Shown piece by piece: positions 1 to 13,179 of a DNA stretch of 64,000 bases (the first letter of the stretch is position 1; each line of letters starts with the position of its first letter). The translations under genes were made by a program, and so were the position numbers. Source of the DNA: Eledone cirrhosa (Eukaryota). The stretch spans positions 124,001 through 188,000 of the forward strand of contig CAXHJY010001669.1 of assembly GCA_964016885.1 (NCBI GenBank), read 5' to 3'. The notes under the pieces were generated by a model. It saw nothing but the letters and a program-made list of their open reading frames with translations. It did not search any database and had not been told where the DNA came from.

Positions 1-34
1 AATGTTGATTAGAAAATTAGAATGTTGTTGTTAT

Positions 35-1290
35 TCAATCCGGAGCTTTGTAGTTATGCAAGAGGTGTTTCCAGACATGTGGACAACGTGAGATTTCATT
101 TCTTGAATTTAGGCAATCGCTATTGCGTAATCTCCTTAGAATATTTATCCCTTCTTTAATACACAGACCACAAGACGGATTGCCCCTCGCGTATGGCTTT
201 CCATTGAAGGGAGTAGTCTATACCTGAGTCCTTGAGGGACCATACGTGGCTCGCGAGTTTCCTGGATGATCGTTTGTCCGGGTACCTAAAAGTCGACTGA
301 TGGTTCAGAAAGCGTTCCTTAAATCGGCCCTCCGCCATACCCACATAGGATTTGACCTCCTGTGGTCGATTTGGTCGGTTGGAAGTGACCACAGCTTCAT
401 AAACTACAGCGGGTGTGTTGCATTGCTGTTGAAGGGGACAAGCTTCAGGCTTTCGGCAAGAACATCCTGGTGGGGTGCTGCTCTTAGGACTGTTGGTGAT
501 GTGGGTCTTCATATTCTTAGCGCAGGTGTACCCTACTTTTACTCTGTGTCTGTTAAAGATGGAGCGGTATTTGTGACCTATGGGAACGTGTCTATCTAAG
601 AGGGCTAAAAAATGTTTTCCTACATTAGTTTTAACGTTGAGTGAGAAGGGAGGAGAGAACGAGATAGTTTGTCTATTGTTACGATTTCTTTTCTTATTGC
701 TGTTGTTGTTAATGGGGGGAGTAAGTAATTGGTTGCGAGAAGCCGTTGTTAGCTAACGCCGTGTTATAGTAGGGTACCGCTCTGTCAAAGATAGCCTTAT
801 TAGAGGAGAGGTTAGAGATTCTAGTACTGATATTATTTACGAAGTTTCTAAAAACAGTAGGAGGGTGGCATGCATCCTTGTGTATGTAATTAAGTTTTTC
901 GTTTAGCTTATGGAAGGGTCTGAAGGTATATGTGCGAAGGTCTAAATTAATGTCTAAGAAATCTACGCTAGAGAGGTTGGTAGCTACTGTTATCCTAAGT
1001 CATAACTCATTAAAGGTAGAAGTTAAATATTTTTTAAACCGGTCCAGGCCGTGACCACTTTTATGGTTCGATAAGGTCAGGCTATCGTCGCGGTATATTC
1101 GCGTGTGGAAGTCCGGGAATCTAACACGCAATATGTCTAAAATAAATAGGCCAACCAAGTTGCATGCGTCAGGACTGTCAAACGATCCCATGGAGACATC
1201 GAATAGTTCTGAAATGGTTGACTTCTTTGCTCAGGCTACTCCGTTGTTGAAGAGGAGGATTTTCCGGCAGTGTGCGATGATCTCCCTTTA
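35..1290 (-). pseudogene. PLE-A (Naiad-like), 3' part: decayed RT C-terminal half plus GIY-YIG endonuclease
   Basis: FDVSMGSFDSPDAC, IYRDD, CSCRKPEACPLQQQC..VVYEA..YVG..FKERFLNH and terminal RCPH motifs; several stops and frameshifts. Confidence 0.9.
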
Positions 1291-3552
1291 AAAGAGGAAG
1301 TCGAGACACATTCTCCTACGCTGGCGGCGATTGGCTGAACTGAGCCAAACAACGCACGGAGAATGTATCCATGAGCCCTCGGAATGTAGGTCACTACAAT
1401 ACCCCCTATCTAGTCTGCAAGACGATATATAAAATTAAATCAGCAGGAAAAATGCTGAAAGAAAGCACATCAATGAAAAAATTGAACAAAAGAATGCATG
1501 AAAGAAGAAAAATGAGACGCTAAGGGCTGTGTTGAGCCGCTGTGTCAAATGACTAGCTGTTTTGCTATTTATGCGTGATAAAGTCTGACATGGGTAAAGT
1601 TGCTGTTCTTGCATTAAATGTTAGCTTTTATGGTATGTGTTGTACCAGAGCTGTGGATGAAGCTGTTATGGTAGTTTACCAGTAGCTGTTGTCAATGATG
1701 GTGCTGTTCATGCTTTACCAGAGCTGTATAGCTGTTATGGTAAGTGTTATACCAGAGCTGTTATGGTCAATGTTATACCAGAGCTGTATAGCTGGAACTG
1801 TTATGGTAAATGTTGTAGCAGAGCTGGCAAGATGTTGGGTAGGCGAGAAATTGTCGGCCTCCCAGGCGAATTGCCGGAAGTGCTAGGCAGCCCGGAAAAA
1901 ATGGCTAGTTGCTTTGAAAAGAAAAAAAGCAAGTTGAATCTGTAGGTGGGTAGTAGTTGAAGCGGTAATTCCATAATTCTGGCGAATCCATAAGAGAAAT
2001 GGTGGAAATGCTGGCAGGTCAGTTCCATTTGTTGTTTTCCCAGTGAGTCGGGTAAAGTAACAAGATGGAGGTTATTATGCTATAGGACGATGAGTGTGCA
2101 ACGAGATGCGAAACTGTTTGAATCCAGCTGCAATTAACAGTTCTCGTGTTGCGGTGCCTGTTTGAGTCCAGGTGAATTAAGCTGCATGTGTCGATAGCAT
2201 GTTTTGGTACCTCCACCAGGTGAAAAGGGATCTCGCAGAATATTACGACGTCTGAAGATCATATACTATAGACAACAACATGTTGGTGTGTGACAAAGAA
2301 ATGTGTGTGCATATGCAGACATGTAATACAGCAAAGAAAATATATGCGTGCAGTCATATATACAATGATAGAAAAAAAAAAATGAATTTTCATATTATAC
2401 AGTTTAAAAGAAATAAATGTCCAAACATTGCCTGTAAAAAAAGAAAGAAAGAATTTTTTTTAACAAAAAGTTCAATTTTTCTTTTCCTTGAAATTTCTTT
2501 GGGATAAGAATGTTATCGCTCTTACTAGGAAGCTAGTAGAATTGTTGTTGTTGTTGCTATCGAAGCGAAGTCACAGTAAATCTTCAGTAGAATCGAAGTC
2601 GAGCGTTGAAGAGCTTAGAGTCACTAATATGCAAGTCTCGTCTGACGCCATAGTGTGGTGAGAAAGGCTGTGAGTTCGAATCATGTCGGGCGTTAGAAAC
2701 ATCGATGAATCGTTTCGTACATCAGTGAAGATTTGCAAGCGTCGAATTCACCATTATGTGGTGAGAAGGCTGTTGTTTTAATTCTCGAGTCACCGTTTGT
2801 AGCGAGACAGTGAGAAGTTGTAGCGGTTATAATGACGATAGAATAGGTGAAGCATAGAAACAAACAATATGAGGTGTGGTGGTTTGCGTCGGTAAGGCTA
2901 TAAAGCTGCCACATAGTTATTCCGTTGTTTATGGTTAGTGGTTAACCAATGTTATCGCTGCTGCTGCTGCTGTTGGTATGGCAGGAAGCCGTATTGAAAG
3001 AAAAATGTTTTCGTGCTATAATTTTTAAAATACAGCTAATTTTTTCGTTTCAAAGAATGTTGTCTTAGGCGAGTTCATGGAAGTTAAACCACGTGGTGTG
3101 TTGTTATCAACAAGAAATGTTTTACATGGTGTTGATACAATGCAATACAAGAAAGCTTGCGTGTTCTTTTAAAAAAAAAACTATTTCTATTTCTTTTTAA
3201 AGGATCATTTAGTTCCCACGGCTGGGTCACCAATTTAGTAGAAGTTATTTAGTAGATGTTTGTGTTGAGAATGTGTGTATTTGTGTATTGTATCACAGAA
3301 GTCACCATTGAAGATGTTAAAAGCAATGTTGTGGAAAAATAGCATCTTACGATTTTATAATTATTTATATATAATTTATTTACAGATTACAAAGGTTAGA
3401 AGAATGTCTCTTGGGAGGATAGTTAATGTTATCTATAAAAAAAGGTTTAAATGGGTACGGTCAACTGGCTGAGGCGTTAGCCAGTCCCATAGTGATATCT
3501 GTTGCTACATATTGTCTATGCTTGAAGGAACGAAAGCAAGAGATGTTTACCT
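1290..3552 (-). mobile_element. Non-autonomous Gypsy-type LTR relic with two partial LTRs, lying inside PLE-A
   Basis: Degenerate tRNA-Trp PBS TGGTGACCCAGCCGTG (3217-3232); PPT AGATAGGGGGTAT (1399-1411) followed directly by an LTR start TGTAGTGA at 1398; no intact ORF. Confidence 0.6.
1640..1830. repeat. Degenerate minisatellite (CCAGAGCTGTTATGGT-like units)
   Basis: Repeated ccagagctg / gctgttatggt blocks. Confidence 0.8.
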
Positions 3553-3554
3553 TC

Positions 3555-3957
3555 ACGATGTCGAGCTGCAAGAGAGAGAGAGAGTAGTGTTGTCGACTTC
3601 GTAAATATTATTGGTTTTGTCAGAAAGAACGAAAGTGTTATTGGAAGACCTAAATTTCTTAATATCATTTCTAAGTTTAATTTGGAGGGTGTTAGAGTGT
3701 TTGCGAAAGGAAATGTTAGCGACTAAGTCAAGAAGGAGCGCTTCGAAAGGAGCGAGTTCAGTTACCTTAGGAGGGTAGGCCCTCGATTTCAGGTTGAAGG
3801 TGTTACTGGTGCCTGTAATTTTGCCGTCAAAAGCTAGGGCTCGCCATCTTAAGCGTCTGACGACATCTTCCGCTTTTTGTAGAAGAAGCTTTAGGTAAAC
3901 ATGGTTGGAAAGAGTGGGAATATTCTTCAGAGAGTAATCCAGTTCGTATAAATCCAT
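3555..3957 (-). pseudogene. PLE-A, N-terminal part of ORF
   Basis: YSLKNIP, RRLRWRA and SDKTNNIY motifs, similar to those in the other two PLE ORFs of the window. Confidence 0.85.
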
Positions 3958-4224
3958 TCTGATGTTGGTGAGACACAAAGTTGTGGAGGACACGAGGATA
4001 TAGAGAGCGCTCACAGGGTAGAAAGTCTGTAAGAATTTATTATACATATATACATATATATAATAAAAATTGATCCTTCAATTGTGGAATTTGGTGTATT
4101 CATGTAATTTATTAATTGGCAAACAAGAAGAGTGCTACGCATGCAGGAGACGAACTGATCACAGATATATATATACTACATGATTGTAATGCGTTCTACA
4201 CATACATATATATATATATATATA

Positions 4225-4325
4225 CAGGGTGTCCAAAATATTTATACACACTTTGTTTACTTGTACAGGCAATATTTATTAGAATGCCGTTGAAGGATGT
4301 ATACATTTTTTGGGGGGACACCCTG
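4225..4325. mobile_element. Tc1/mariner-type MITE
   Basis: TIRs CAGGGTGTCC / GGACACCCTG, flanked by TA on both sides. Confidence 0.85.
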
Positions 4326-4335
4326 TATATATATT

Positions 4336-4396
<61 letters not shown>

Positions 4397-4469
4397 ATTA
4401 GAAAGTGAACAACACAAAATATAACTACTCCATTACCAAAGGTTTCTGGATCACAGACGATAATAATAT

Positions 4470-4920
4470 ATGTCTGGATCGGCCGTCAGATAGAGATAAC
4501 ATCTCTATCTTCTTCGACTATTAAGGCGTTGTGCATCACGTATATGCACCAGAAGGACAAACAGTTACAAAGGAGTGTTATCAAGAAGTCCTCCGACGGC
4601 ACAAGAAACTGATTCTAAGAATCTCGCAAAACTGCTCGCTGCATTATGACAAACACCCCCATCGCAGCTCATTCAACTTTATTTTTTTAGCAAAGAAAGG
4701 CATTTTGCTCATTTGCCAGGCTCTCTACACCCCAAACACGGCTCCTTCTGGCTCCTTTGTTCCCCGGATTTGGAGATGCGAGTGAAACGCTTCTGCTATC
4801 AGAGCCAAGAGGATAACATAAAAACTGCGACGTGGAGCTGAGAAACCTTTTGGAAGAAGCATTCCTAACGTGTTCCGAAGAGTGGAAGGATTACTGGGCT
4901 AAGTGTATGGAGGCACAAGG
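4470..4920 (+). pseudogene. Mariner transposase relic, left part (continues at 12256)
   Basis: HHVYAPEGQTVTKE, degenerate HDNA and YSPD motifs, ends at WAKCMEAQG. Confidence 0.85.
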
Positions 4921-5047
4921 CAAGGGCAGTGGAATAAGAGGAGGGGGACAAGGGGGCATGTCCGCCCTCCAATAATTATATTTTACTCCCCAAACTACCA
5001 AAACACACATCTATTTGTATATGCGCTACAATTTATGTATATGTTAT
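4921..5047 (+). mobile_element. Left end of a TIR MITE (same family as 12036-12255)
   Basis: TIR CAAGGGCAGTGGAA; internal sequence repeated at about 12062-12145; preceded by CAAGG. Confidence 0.7.
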
Positions 5048-5049
5048 GT

Positions 5050-5290
5050 AGAGATAGATGGGAGATAAAGATATAGATATATAGAGGCGAAGTTTGGTGG
5101 TAATTGATATAGAGAGGAAGGTTGGGAGAGTGTGTTGTATATTAAATATAGAGAGGGGAAAGATTGATGTTTATTGATATAGAGGGGAATTTAAAGAGAG
5201 TTCCGTATAGTAGATATAGAGAGGGGGGAGAGTTTGATGTTAATTGATATAAAGAGGGGAATTGGAAAAGAGTTCCCTGTAGTAGATATA
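5050..5290. repeat. Degenerate GATATAGAGAGGG minisatellite, continued at 10722-11030 beyond the Tx1 insertion
   Basis: Same roughly 30-bp units on both sides of the LINE. Confidence 0.75.
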
Positions 5291-5534
5291 TATTTCTATT
5301 TATTTGCCACCAGGGCATCAAAGATTGGGACAAATACAAAGGGGGGGGGGGTTTACATACATTTAAAAAGACGTGTGAAAAACATATAACAAATTAAATT
5401 TAACAATCGATGTCCTCAATAGGGAGGGGCGTTGACATGGGTCGCACACACCCCCGAAAAAATGTGCAACCCTCCTCTTCAGGAGCACAAAGAGCGGGTG
5501 CTTCCTTTCTCTTCTCATTCTTCTCCTCTCTCCC

Positions 5535-8500
5535 CTACAGGCTGATATAGAGAGAAGGCCCATTCACTCGGGCCATTCTCGCTACTTTCACCCATCTTTC
5601 ATAAAACTTGCTGGGGTAGAGCACCTCTCTCTCCATTCTGATCCTTCTTCTAAAGTGGTACTTGAAAAAAAAGACCAGTTGTTGGCCGGAGAGAAAGGTG
5701 TCTGACCTCAGCCCTTTCAACCTTGTCCACCATACAACTTCTTTCGCCATGGCTATCACACAGAGGAAAACCGCCTCTCCTTCGTTTTTGAAAGGGGGAG
5801 GCGGTTTGATCGTGACAATGTTCTCGGTGGTCAACCGGATTGGTCCCACCCGCGACAGTAGTCGTTCTACATAGCCCCACAGGTCAGCAACGCCCGGGCA
5901 GTGTACGAATGCGTGTGCGACGGTTTCCTCGTCACGCACGCATCTTGGACAGATCTTCTTCGAGGGGTCTCTACCCGGGCGCCCGTGTCTGTAGAGCTTG
6001 TCCCGAACGAGTAGAGCTCCTTGGTAACATTGCCAAGCCAGGGACTTTTGGAAGTTGTCCATCGGTCCCGGGCCAAACGTCCTACCGAACAGACTGGCCA
6101 ACTCGTCTTCCTCCATGCCCAGAGCCTCTCCGAGAGCGTCGTCGCAATTACTGCGAACCAACCCTCTATAGAATGTTGAGGTTGAGTCTCCACTGATCCG
6201 GATCCGCTTGCCAGAGGGCCGTGAGCGCCTGGGCACATTCAATGTGCCAGTCGCCCACTTTTCTCGGTCTTTGCTTGACCCAGGATTGCAGCTCGGTGAG
6301 TGAGACGAGTCTCGGAAAGGCTCGCCTCACAAACAGGGCCCACACCGGCTGACCGGTGAGGAATACCTGGAGGTGCCGTAGCCTTAATGCGTGTCTACGC
6401 ATCGTCAGCCACGGCATTCCCAGCCCTCCGTTCGAAGGGTGTTGACAACAGATGGATCTTCTCACCAAAGGAGCCCGCTTCTTCCAAAGAAATCGGAAGA
6501 GCGCGCGCTCCATTTTGGCGAGTGTTTTCTCTGGGCAAGGCACGATGGTCAAGCGGTAGTAGATGACGGACGCTATATAAGCGTTCGCCACCTCCGCTCG
6601 ACCTTTCAGGGATAGTTTGCACTCGGCCCACTTCTGGGCGAGTGCAAACACCTTGCCCGTTAGCTCGTCCCAGTTTTTCTCCACCTGGAGGTCCGGTCCG
6701 AACCAGACCCCGAGCACCTTCACCGGACCCTCCGTCCAGCGTCCGACGATGCCCTCGGAGGGCATCGTTTTGCCCCTCAACGTCCCGAGTTGCAAACCGA
6801 CGGACTTGTCCCGGTTCAGCTTGGCTCCTATGAACCTTACATATTCCTCCAGTAAGGTGCCGATCTGCCCGATTTCCGAGGCGCACGACACCATTACTGT
6901 CACGTCATCGGCGTATGCCGACACCACTTTCCGCAATCCCGGTTCCAAGGGGATGCCCCGCAACATCCCCAGCTTCCGCAGTAGTGGCTCGAGAGCCAGC
7001 ACATACAGGAGGGAGGAGAGAGGGCATCCCTGTCGAATAGATCGCGTGATTTGGAACGGCTCCGAGAGGTAGCCGTTCACCTTGACCCTCGAGCAGGTGT
7101 TGCTGCTGTGCATTGCAGCAATCCAACCCCTGAAAACGGGTCCGAAGCCTGCCGTCGCGAGCACCGCATCCAGGTACCGATGGTCAACCCTATCGAACGC
7201 CTTAGATTGATCCAAGTTGATCAGGGCCCCACCAAAGCCGGGTTCGTTCCCTACCCTCTCTACGATGTATCGCATGAGGTGGAGGTTGTCGTGTATGGAC
7301 CTGGACAGGATTGCGCATGTCTGCGCTTCTCCCACCATGTTCCCGACGACAAGCGCCAACCTCTTCGCTAACACCTTGGCCAAAATCTTTAACTCTGTGT
7401 TTAGCAGAGTTATGGGCCTGAAGTTATCTATGTCATCCCCCTTGTTCTCGTCCTTCCTCACCAGCGTGACTACGCCCTTGGTCACAGAACAGGGAATTCT
7501 CCCGTTCTGTTGCCAGTTGCAGTAGACCGCCTCAAGGAGACCGGAGAACAAGCCCGGCATCGCTACATAAAGTTCGTATGGTAGACCATCGAGACCCGGA
7601 GATTTGCGTTTGCCGCAATGGCTCAGCGCTCCCTCTATTTCAGCGGCTGAAATCGGCCTCTCGCAGGACTTCGCCTCCCCGTCAGAGAACCGCGCCAGAC
7701 CGTCGAGGTATGGACCGAAATCCATGGCCCCACCCGGCCCGCCGCCCCTCCCGAACAGTCGTACAAAGCGCCGTTGAAAGGCCGCGCTCATCCGCTCAGG
7801 TTCAAGGATCACGCGTCCATCCTGGTCCTTCAAAGACCGAATCGTGGACTTGTTTCCACTTTTTGCCTCTGTCACTCGGGCCCAGCTAACAGCTTTGGCT
7901 CCCTCGTTACCCAGAGCACGTATTTTACTCCAGACAACGCAGCCCTCGTGCTTCGCATCAAAGAACTGGTCTAGGGCCGTTCTTGACGCCAGCACGCCGG
8001 CCACGTTGCCACTCCTAAACACCTCTTCTACTCTATTTGTTAATTCCCTTTCAGTTCTATTCCTATCTGATGCTAATTCCCGACTAAAACCTATCGATTC
8101 TATTCTAATTTCTCTCTTGAGAGAGCCCCACCACCTGCTGTTGACAAATGCCCCCGTCAAACGCTGCTTAACTAGTGTGCTAATCTGCTTACTGTAAACT
8201 TTGTTTGTCGGTAAAGACAAGTTTAGCTTCCAGTAACCGGGTCCCTGTCTATCAAGGTTGACCACTCCGGTCACCAACTTGTGATCCGAATAGTCAACCA
8301 TGAACATTCGTGAACAGCTTAATATGTCCCTATCCTTATTTCTAACTAGGAACCTATCTAGGTACGACCTAGATGTTCCGCTGCGATTACTCCACGTCCA
8401 CCGTGGCACAGTCGGAAAATCTAGTCGATATCTATCGGCCAGATCAAATCGGCCGATTAATCGTTTGAGGCTGTTACACCCCCCTCTATCGGGACATGCC

Positions 8501-8960
8501 CCTACATAGTCCCAACGTGCATCCAGGATACCATTCCAGTCCCCCACTAAAAGCAAGGAGTGCGACGTTCCCAGGAAATTCTCCAGGCGTCGGAAGAAGT
8601 CCGGTCGCGATGTCCCAGATGGGGCATACGCTGCCACCAGCCTGAAAGCTCCACCTTCACCACTGCCGACGTCTAAAACCACCAGTCGACCCTCCGGGTC
8701 CAGGTGTACCTTCTGTGTGGCAAGACCCAGGTATTTTCGCAGCAGAACGACAACCCCACCACACCCCTCGGCTGACAGAGAGATGCGTAGATCTCAAAGT
8801 CGTCGAAGATGGGGGCCAGTTGGCGCTCGCTGCTGATCCTGGACTCGCAAATAACCATTACATCCACTCTGTGCGACTTGAGGTCATTTAAGAGTTTGCC
8901 CTGTTTCCAGGACATCCCCAAGCCGCGTGTATTCGCACATCCAACTCTTATATTGGCCAT
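5535..8960 (-). pseudogene. Tx1 ORF2 (APE endonuclease, reverse transcriptase, C-terminal zinc finger) with frameshifts near 8765 and 6205
   Basis: NTRGL, GDWN, YLDRF, SDH; DQSKAFDRV, RQGCPLS, YADD; CPRC..ETVAHAFVHC. Confidence 0.92.
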
Positions 8961-8996
8961 GTTGGTGCTGAAGAGTTGAAGAGGAAAGGAAATGAC

Positions 8997-9726
8997 TTAC
9001 CTCTTCGTCTCCTGGGGACCAGGCTGCACAATTTCCATGGGGGTGTTGGAAGGGTTGTTTGGTGGCGTGGTGGTTTGTGGTGGGGTGAGGACATCAGTGT
9101 GTGGTGGGATTAGGGTGTTTGGTGGAGTGTGGGTGTCTGGTGTGGGGGTGGGGAAACATCTCAATAGGACGCTGTTATGTGGTTTGGTGCAGTTGGTCCC
9201 CACATGCATTGGATGGTTCTTTTTCAAAGTTACATAGGTTTCCGTTGGGACCCTAATCATCATTAGGTGCGGTTTGTTCGCTGCGTAGGTGAAAGTGATC
9301 CCTTCGGTTTCCACCGAAGGGTTATTTTCTATCGCTTTCATCAACGTTTTATTGTTCTTGTTAATGTATGTATAGAGTTTTTGTTGTGTTGTGTTGTTTT
9401 TGTTTGTTTTTCTTGTGCGTGTTTGCGTTTTGTAGTACGTGTTATGTTTTGGGGAGGGTGGGGGTTTTTATTTGTGATTTTTGTTCTGTTTGTGCTGGTG
9501 GTCGTGTGTTTGTGGCATTTTTGTTAATGTGGTGCCTTTTTTTTTCCTTTTCACCTGTTGAAAGGGTTCTCCCTCGTCGTCACTGGGTGACGTTGATACG
9601 GAGTCCTCTTCCGTGTTGTTGGGGAGGGGTATATTTTGGGGTTTTGTTGTGGTTGCTTTTGTATTTATTTTAGGTGGGGAGGGGTTGGATGGAACAGTGT
9701 TTTGTGTTGTTATTTTTCCGTGTTGT

Positions 9727-9757
<31 letters not shown>

Positions 9758-10521
9758 GTGGTGGTGGTGGTGGTTGTGTTGTTGTGTTCGGTCAATGATT
9801 CCACATAGAATCCACCAAATATTTACATTTGGTGTGATACTCATTATTTTTATTCTTTGTGTCCTTTTCCCCCTGTATGTGGGGAAAAAGGTGAAGCGGG
9901 GGACACAATGGGTGATACCGAGTACTTTTGTGCTGTTGACTGGTTGTTCATTCGGACCAAAATGCTACCAAACAATTTACCTTTTTGTATGAAGGTTATG
10001 TCCTTCATTGCATCTTTTAGAACCAGCTCAATTTCATTTTGTGATAATTGAGCTGGTTTTCTTGTTTCGTTCGATATTGTCCTGAAAACCACAGTCTACG
10101 TAATTCCTGTGGAGAATTGATGCTAAAAGCACCGTTTTCGCCAAAAGTCACGAATTGTTTTGCGTCTTGTAATAGTTGTTTAGCATTTGTTATGTCTATT
10201 GGCGTGTATAGTTCGTTTTTTTTTACAGTCTGTGCGAAAGTTGTTTTGGTCTTTTTTGTTGCTGTCATTGTTGGTAATATTGTTCATGTTTTCATTGGTG
10301 TTGCTATTGTTGCAGTTGTTGGTAGTGGTGTTATTGTCATTGTTCTTGTTGTTGGTGCTGGTATTATTTGCCGGGTTTGGTTTCGTGGTTTCAATATTTT
10401 CAACGTTTTTCGATGATGCGAGTGGGGAAGGCTGCAAGCTTTGTACTCCTACCTTCCCTCGACCACTTATCTTAGTGGGCGTGGCACTCACGACAGTATG
10501 CGAGGTGGAAATGGCATCCAT
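8997..10521 (-). pseudogene. Tx1 ORF1, fragmented
   Basis: Chain of same-strand ORF pieces directly upstream of ORF2, with N/T/P-rich low-complexity stretches; assigned by position. Confidence 0.6.
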
Positions 10522-11032
10522 TGCTGACTACCAAATCTACACAGTTTTGAAATGAAAATGAAAATTTCGCCCCAGAAAGGGACGAAAATTAGTTGACTCA
10601 ACGTCTGCAAGCCCAGGCAAGGGGTTAACTAAACAATGCTATTAAATTGAGCAATGAACTCACAGTTTTTTTGACAATAATCCGTAAAAATCCGGAGCGA
10701 AGTAATTCACGTTTATATCAAGTGGTAATTGATATAGAGAGGGGATTGAATGAGAGTTCCGTGTATTAGATATAGAGAGGGTGAGAGTTTGGTGTTAATT
10801 GATATAGAGATGGGGAGAATTTGGTCGTTGTAGATATACAGAGTGGGAGAATGGGCGAATGTCATGTAGTAGATATAGAGAAGGTGAGAGTTTACGGGTG
10901 ATTGATATATAGAGGGGGATTGGGAGGGATAAATGTAGATATTTATAGAGAGTGAGAACGTATATTAGTGTTAGAGAGTGGGATAAGAGAGGCTGTGTTG
11001 TGGTAGATACAGAGAGGGGTAGAGTTTGGTTT

Positions 11033-11902
11033 TAGTCGACTGGTGGTTCAGGAAACGTTCCTTAAATCGGCCCACCATCATACCGACATAGGATTTGACC
11101 TCTTGTGGTTGGTTTGGTCGGTTGGAAATGACCACAGCTTCATAAATTACAGCTGGTGTGTTGCATTGCTGTTGAAGGAGGCAAGCTTCAGGCTTACGGC
11201 AAGAGCACCCTAGTGGGGTGTTGCTCCTAGGGCTGCTGGTAATGTGGATCTTCATGTTCTTAGCGCAGGAGTATCCTAGGCGGAGGAATGTTTCCTGAAC
11301 CATCAGTCGACCTTTAGGTACCCGGACAGACGTTCATCCACGAAACTCGCGAGCCGCGTATGGTCCCTCAAGAACTCAAGTATAGACTACTCCATTCAAT
11401 GGAAAGCCATCACTAAGTCCAAGCCATACGCAAGGGGAAATCTGTCGTGTGGACTGTGTATTGACGAACGAATAAATATTCTAAAGAGATTATGCAATAG
11501 TGATTGCCTAAAGTCGAGAAATGAATTTTTCACACGTTGTCCACACGTCTCAAAACACCTATTGCATAACTACAAAGCTCCGGATTGAATGAATTATTGT
11601 AATAACATCAATATTTTTTCTTATCAATTAAAAACTTTTCGGACTTTCGCAGTTATCTTCCTTACACCTCTCGCACGCATTTTAGCATTGCCTGTGTGAA
11701 GTGACCGGTTTCTGCGCATGCGCGTTCGTACGGTTGTCCTTCCTGTTCCGTATAACCATACCCATTACGAGCTGAGGATCCGCTAAGGTGAAACAATTGT
11801 TCTCGGTATGGTGAACTAACTGTTGTGTAACCACTCCTACCTAACTCGTCCCATGGACTGAGTGCTCTACCACTACGGATATTACCTTCCAGTGTTCTAC
11901 CA
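11033..11902 (+). mobile_element. 5'-inverted, truncated PLE-A-family copy: GIY-YIG N-half on minus (11033-11280), C-half plus 3' end on plus (11283-11902)
   Basis: High similarity to 35-540; about 25 nt (FLNHQST codons) present in both orientations; ends in (TA)n. Confidence 0.88.
11762..11811 (+). ncRNA. Type I minimal hammerhead ribozyme (family 1)
   Basis: CGAG-CUGAGGA-UCC GCUAA GGU-GAAA-CAAUUG-UU-CUCG; palindromic stem III ACAAUUGU; stem II is weak. Confidence 0.8.
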
Positions 11903-12035
11903 CTATATATATATATATATATATATTTAGGAGATGAATAAATTAGGTATAATACCAAATGCGAAGAAGCTCGATATATTAGCCCCTTAGGAAAGGGCAC
12001 AAAGCACATTTAAAAAAAAATTATATATATTTATA

Positions 12036-12255
12036 CAGTGGCGGTGGAACTTTGCAAGCCCCCCTCCAATAATTATATTTTCTCCCCAAACTACCAAAAC
12101 ACACATCTATTTGGATATGCGCTACAATTTATGTACATATTATGTTTATCGCATATCGAAGTACTCAGGCAATTTTAGAGTGCAAAAGAGGTAAACTAAT
12201 CACTACAACTAAATTGTCGCTCCCCCTTCATTCAGAAATGCTTCCACCGCCCATG
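12036..12255 (+). mobile_element. TIR MITE
   Basis: CAGTGGCGGTGGAA ... TTCCACCGCCCATG, followed by CAAGG. Confidence 0.75.
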
Positions 12256-12345
12256 CAAGGAGCTTACTTCGAAGTGGATTAGTAATTGAACCGTACCAAG
12301 TACGTAATATTGTCTAGCATTAGAGCGGATACTTTTCCGACAGAC
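12256..12345 (+). pseudogene. Mariner relic, right part and right TIR
   Basis: QGAYFEVD* continues the peptide broken at 4920; CGGATACTTTTCCGACAGAC resembles a mariner TIR. Confidence 0.8.
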
Positions 12346-13116
12346 ATGCATAACAATATTACATACCAACTCAGTAACACTACACACCAGTATACACACA
12401 TAACAATATAACTACACATCAACACACGAACACACCAGCATACTAACATAGCAACACAACACACGAACACACCGACATACAAACATAACAACAAACTACA
12501 CATTAATATAAATACATTATGCCATGACAACACATCAACATCGACCCATTTTACAACATACACACATAACTACAAATCAACACACTTCTATATATACGTT
12601 TCTCACCTCAAGCTCTGGTAGACATATCTCTAAAGAGTTATGTCACGTCACTCAAACTTCCGAAATATGTGTGTTTAGTAAATGTTGGTGTGTGTGCACA
12701 TCTGTATGTCTGTGTGTGTCGGTTGGTGTAGTATGTGTATATGTATGTTTATATGTATGTATGTGTGTAGTGTAGTGTTGGTGGCAGTGGGGACTTGAAC
12801 ACCTGTTCAGGTAGTCATAGTTGACTTCAAAGACATTTACGCCTTTAGAAAGAATGGAAGGGCTCACAGTGGGAGATCAAGGAATCTCTCCTGCACACCC
12901 ACCATACACACATACACACATATAGATACACATACAAGCACACGCACATATACATATATAAATGCACACAAATACACAGACACATCCACACACATATAGG
13001 CACCCGCGTACACACACTCACACAAACATACGAGTTTAGATAAACTATTATCAGTGCTATCCGTAATCACCTATATACATATATACATATATACTATATA
13101 TACATATATACATATA

Positions 13117-13179
<63 letters not shown>

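Larger units (their letters stand above)
5296..10715 (-). mobile_element. Near full-length L1/Tx1-like non-LTR retrotransposon
   Basis: Broken ORF1, ORF2 with APE-RT-CCHC order, and a 3' UTR ending in AATAAA; ends approximate. Confidence 0.9.

Noticed and set aside
5650-8509. Overlapping antisense and alternate-frame ORFs within Tx1 (and similarly within Gypsy pol)
   Set aside because: Shadow ORFs of GC-richer coding sequence with no recognisable motifs
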